From an uncultured Erysipelotrichaceae bacterium (lineage in GTDB: Bacteria > Bacillota_I > Bacilli_A > Erysipelotrichales > Erysipelotrichaceae), in the NCBI GenBank assembly GCA_902472945.1, contig CABRQJ010000001.1:1102-65101 (forward strand): DNA of 64,000 bases. The letters run 5' to 3'. Each line of letters opens with the position of its first letter. Position 1 is the first letter of the stretch. Below the pieces are notes generated by a model. That model was given only the letters and a program-made list of their open reading frames with translations, was not told the DNA's origin and searched no databases. Shown piece after piece: positions 60,787 to 64,000 of this stretch. Both the position numbers and the translations under genes were made by a program.

Positions 60787-60804
60787 GGATAATTTCACTC
60801 ATCC
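60787..60804. repeat. Right 18-bp direct repeat GGATAATTTCACTCATCC flanking the IS
   Basis: See left repeat. Confidence 0.7.
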
Positions 60805-61328
60805 GTTTTTTTCTCTTCTTTCTTTTCGGGTTTTGTATCTTCTTTATGTTCTTCTGTCTTCCTGTCGTTGACAGGTCTTCTAAATACAATTTCCTCCGTC
60901 ACAGCATCATCCTGCGGAACCTTGCAGCCACAGTGGTGGCAGAACCTTTCATCAACTTCAAGTTTTGTGCCACATTCCGGGCAATAGCGGATTACCTTGA
61001 CTTCCGGATCTGGCTGTCGCATACCACAGAATGGACAGAATAGTGATCCATTAGGAATACGGCTGTTGCAGGCAATGCATCTGACAATGCCGCGCATCTC
61101 ATCGATGGAATCCTGTCTTTCTTCAATTTCCCTGCGGAGTCTGACTGCTTTTTCGATGAGATCTTTATTCATATCATCCGGATCATTGCGATGTGTATCC
61201 ACATAGTCTTCTCCAAGTGAGCGGTAGATGACATTGAGCTGTTTGCGTAATGAGCGGATCTGTATCTTCAGTTTGCATATGGAAAACTGTTTCTTTACCC
61301 AGTCTATAGCTTTCTTTACGATGTTCAT
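60795..61328 (-). CDS. Zinc-ribbon protein with N-terminal coiled-coil and C-terminal double CxxC ribbon plus acidic/lysine-rich tail
   Basis: CIACNSRI..CPFCG and YCPECGTK..CHHCGCK motifs. Start chosen at MNIVKKAIDW (ATG 61326-61328), directly downstream of a TATAAT box and the gpmI terminator. The 100-aa N-terminal extension in the track ORF overlaps that terminator and is rejected. Confidence 0.55.
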   Translation of the reverse strand: MNIVKKAIDWVKKQFSICKLKIQIRSLRKQLNVIYRSLGEDYVDTHRNDPDDMNKDLIEKAVRLRREIEERQDSIDEMRGIVRCIACNSRIPNGSLFCPFCGMRQPDPEVKVIRYCPECGTKLEVDERFCHHCGCKVPQDDAVTEEIVFRRPVNDRKTEEHKEDTKPEKKEEKKTDE

Positions 61329-61348
61329 GGCAACATTATACTCTTTCT

Positions 61349-61378
61349 GAAAGAAAAAGTCCCTGTTTATACAGGGAC
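61349..61378 (-). terminator. Intrinsic terminator after gpmI
   Basis: GTCCCTG-TATAAA-CAGGGAC followed by TTTTTCTTTC on the minus strand. Confidence 0.75.
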
Positions 61379-61386
61379 AGTCATTG

Positions 61387-62973
61387 TTATTTAATAATTG
61401 CTTCAAGCCATTCCTTCGGTGGTTCGTAACCGAGAAGTTTGACAACAGTTGCTGCAACGTTAGCAAGACCGAAATCATCGCCTTCCTTGACTTCTGTACC
61501 TTCTGGTCCGTTGTAGACAGCAAATGGAACTCTTGCAAGGGAGTGGGATGTCTTTGGCTTTGGTGTGCCATCCGGGTTTGTGCCCTTGTCATACATTTCA
61601 TCGGAGTTGCCATGGTCAGCAGTAACAATCAGTGCATAATCCATCTTCTTGCATGCGTCCATGATTCTTCTCAGCATGAGGTCAACAGACTCAACACCGA
61701 TGAGAGTTGCTTCATAGTTACCTGTATGACCAACCATGTCACCGTTCGGATAGTTGCATCTCAGGAACTGGTATTTGCCGGATTCAATAGCTTCTACCAT
61801 CTTGTCTGTGATCTCTGTAGCCTTCATCCATGGCTTGAGGTCAAATGGGATGATGTCAGAAGGAATTTCAACCCAGTCTTCGAGTTCATCAGAGAACTTC
61901 TCACTTCTGTTACCATTCCAGAAGTATGTGACATGTCCAAACTTCTGTGTTTCAGAACATGCATAGGAACGTACGCCCTTGTTAACAAGGAACTCAGACA
62001 TTGTGTTTGTGATGTGTGGTGGTTCAACAAGGAAGTGTTCAGGAAGCTTGAGGTCTCCATCATACTGCAGCATGCCTGCATAGTAGACATCAGGCTTCTT
62101 TGTCATATTGAAACCATCAAAGCCCTTATTCATATAGTCAAATGCCTTGGAGATTTCAACAGCTCTATCACCTCTGAAGTTGTAGAGGATGACGGAGTCA
62201 CCATCATCAACTGTACCTACAGCCTTGCCATCCTCAGCGATGACAAATCCTGGAAGATACTGGTCTGTGTAGTTGTTTTCTGCACGGTATGTTTCAATAG
62301 CTTCTTTTGCGGAAGCGAACTGTCTGCCTTCACCACATACATGGATCTGCCAGCCCTTTTCAACCATACCCCAGTCTGCTTCGTAACGGTCCATAGTGAT
62401 GACCATACGTCCACCACCAGAAGCGATGCAGCTGTGGAATGTATCATCATTGAGTTCAGCGATAACACCTTCGAGCTGATCAACATACTGCAATGCACTT
62501 GTTTCAGGAACGTCACGGCCATCGAGCAGAATGTGTACTCTGACTTCTGTAAGACCTTCCTTCTTTGCTTCCTTCATCATCGCGATGAGGTGGGAAATGT
62601 TGGAATGTACATTACCATCGGAAAGAAGACCGAGGAAATGGAGCTTGCCATTATGATCCTTGGCAAACTTGACAGCATTCTTCCATGCCTCAGAATCATA
62701 AATCTTGCCAGATTCAATGGACTCATTGACGAGCTTTGCGCCCTGGGAATAGATCTGACCACAGCCAAGAGCGTTGTGACCAACCTCAGAGTTACCCATA
62801 TCAGAATCTGAAGGCAGACCTACTGCTGTTCCGGAAGCCTTGATCGTTGTATGAGGCCACTTTGTCATCAGTTCATCGATCTGCGGTTTATAGGAATGCA
62901 TGACTGCATTACCCATGTCTTTGTCGGTCCAGCCGACACCGTCCATAACGACTAATACTACTGGTTTTGCCAT
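61387..62973 (-). CDS. gpmI: 2,3-bisphosphoglycerate-independent phosphoglycerate mutase
   Basis: N-terminal VVLVVMDGVGW, the catalytic Ser region, and C-terminal TADHGN metal-site motifs. 528 aa. Confidence 0.92.
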   Translation of the reverse strand: MAKPVVLVVMDGVGWTDKDMGNAVMHSYKPQIDELMTKWPHTTIKASGTAVGLPSDSDMGNSEVGHNALGCGQIYSQGAKLVNESIESGKIYDSEAWKNAVKFAKDHNGKLHFLGLLSDGNVHSNISHLIAMMKEAKKEGLTEVRVHILLDGRDVPETSALQYVDQLEGVIAELNDDTFHSCIASGGGRMVITMDRYEADWGMVEKGWQIHVCGEGRQFASAKEAIETYRAENNYTDQYLPGFVIAEDGKAVGTVDDGDSVILYNFRGDRAVEISKAFDYMNKGFDGFNMTKKPDVYYAGMLQYDGDLKLPEHFLVEPPHITNTMSEFLVNKGVRSYACSETQKFGHVTYFWNGNRSEKFSDELEDWVEIPSDIIPFDLKPWMKATEITDKMVEAIESGKYQFLRCNYPNGDMVGHTGNYEATLIGVESVDLMLRRIMDACKKMDYALIVTADHGNSDEMYDKGTNPDGTPKPKTSHSLARVPFAVYNGPEGTEVKEGDDFGLANVAATVVKLLGYEPPKEWLEAIIK

Positions 62974-63058
62974 ATTTAGTTATGTTCTCCTTTTATACCT
63001 ATAAATATAGCATGATTTATGCCAATGGGTGCTGTTAACAATTCACCAATGCTGATTT

Positions 63059-63828
63059 TTACTCTGTTCCCATCGTTCTTAGCTTTGTAAGCTTTTCTGC
63101 ATCCAGACCATATTCCTCTTTCAAAAATGTCTCTGTATCAGGGTACCTCTTATGGATTTCATCAAGAATCATATGACCAATCTTTTCGGAAACACTTTCC
63201 TTGATCGTCAATAGCTCCTCAAGTTCTGGATGTTCCGCAATCTTTTCCTGGTGTTTTTCCAACACCTTTGCAAGTCTTTTTGCACGGCTTTCCTTAGAGC
63301 GGATATAGTCCGCATAGACATGATCATCATCTGCCCCTAGTGCTAATAGCAGCACCATAGCCGCAACACCGGTTCTGTCCTTTCCGGTTGCACAATGGAT
63401 TAATATTGGCAGGTGTCCGGCAAGAATATGGTCGAACATGATGTGGATCGCTTCATTTTGGAATGGCATTTCCTTATAGTAATACATCAGCTTCTCAAGC
63501 TGTGTTTCCGCATCCTTGCCGGTTTTGTTCATGCCGGCAATGGAAAAGTCGATGTCCTCTCCACCTTTGGAGACAAGACCTGAGTGCTGGATCATCGTCA
63601 CTCCCTCAAAGACAGGGTCTTTGTTCAGTTCACATTCCTTACGTGTTCTCAGGTCCAGTACATACCGTATGCCAAGTTCTGGAAACCTCTCCCTTTCCTT
63701 CTTACTCAGAAAATACAGACCGGCACTGCGGTAGAACAAACCATATTTCACCTGTTTTCCATCCCTTACCGGTATGCCGCCAAGGTCACGGAAATTATGT
63801 TCTTTATGTGTAATAATCTCTTCAAGCA
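63059..63828 (-). CDS. Protein-tyrosine phosphatase (CX5R P-loop)
   Basis: Active site IHCATGKDRTG. Start set at MLEEIITHKEHNF (ATG 63826-63828). The track ORF uses a GTG at 63913 and would overlap the divergent gene start. Start call is tentative. Confidence 0.7.
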
Positions 63829-63932
63829 TATGTTTATCATAATCGAAACTGATTAGAATTCCACATTTTTCTATAATAAGGTAAAATACCTGCGATAACA
63901 GAAAGGACTGCACAATTGTGCAGGATTACAAT

Positions 63933-64000
63933 ATGGAACGAATTCGACTTCTCATCACATCTGATGTACATGGACATATCTCTCCATACAATGACACAAC
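63933..64000 (+). CDS. Metallophosphoesterase (calcineurin-like), N-terminal fragment running off the window
   Basis: MERIRLLITSDVHGHISPYNDT contains the D-x-H-(x)n-GD-type first metallophosphatase motif (SDVHGH). Confidence 0.4.
   Translation, partial: MERIRLLITSDVHGHISPYNDT

Noticed and set aside
60795-61628. 277-aa version of the zinc-ribbon ORF (track start at 61628)
   Set aside because: The first 100 aa would be translated through the gpmI terminator hairpin and a TATAAT box, and that segment is compositionally unlike the rest. The internal ATG at 61328 is adopted instead.
63059-63913. Long form of the tyrosine phosphatase using a GTG at 63913
   Set aside because: The extension (MQSFLLSQVFYLIIEKCG...) is hydrophobic and low-complexity, and it would run to within 20 bp of the divergent metallophosphoesterase start at 63933. 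The ATG at 63828 gives a typical PTP N-terminus.

Overview
This 64 kb window is low-GC Firmicutes-type chromosome, mostly minus-strand coding, with a housekeeping backbone and several accessory insertions.

Backbone genes I can support: glmS (partial), a rubredoxin-rubrerythrin fusion, a SpoVK/CbxX-like AAA ATPase with an XpaC-like membrane protein, compact addB/addA (rexBA), a PadR + DUF4097 pair, the conserved tmk-holB-ricT(yaaT)-rsmI block, a VanY-like peptidase, an Fe-alcohol dehydrogenase, queT, an ArsB/NhaD-type permease, three Cof-type HAD phosphatases, a TrxB-like reductase, an XRE-DUF3169-ABC operon, an S9 peptidase, NUDIX, an NSS transporter, a DNPH1-like hydrolase, an MFS + GH31 operon, an SDR, a 2078-aa PHP-domain surface protein, YibE/F, a GH1 phospho-beta-glucosidase with an RpiR regulator, gpmI and a Tyr-phosphatase.

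Accessory content:
- A roughly 8 kb defence-type island (39.8-48.0 kb) carries a three-gene TerB-like / P-loop ATPase / SF2 helicase cassette. The synteny matches the described Shango system, and a membrane-protein gene is tightly linked to it. The island also holds a decayed AAA_14/DUF4143 ATPase pseudogene, an HTH remnant and an iteron-like AATTGCATC repeat array.
- A singleton 774-aa protein fuses an adenosine-deaminase-fold domain (HxH, HAGE, RIGHG and TD motifs all present) to an unknown N-terminal domain and a C-terminal SLOG/LOG-like Rossmann domain. This looks like a candidate nucleotide-signal-gated ATP/adenosine deaminase, analogous to Cad1/RdrB but with a different sensor. I rank it as the most novel element.
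- A 1.95 kb IS1634/IS4-type element with a frameshift-split transposase sits inside a terminator hairpin, flanked by 18-bp direct repeats and about 45-bp imperfect inverted repeats.
- The surface-protein gene contains near-identical internal DNA repeats of about 876 bp and 288 bp period.

I found no rRNA, tRNA or CRISPR array.
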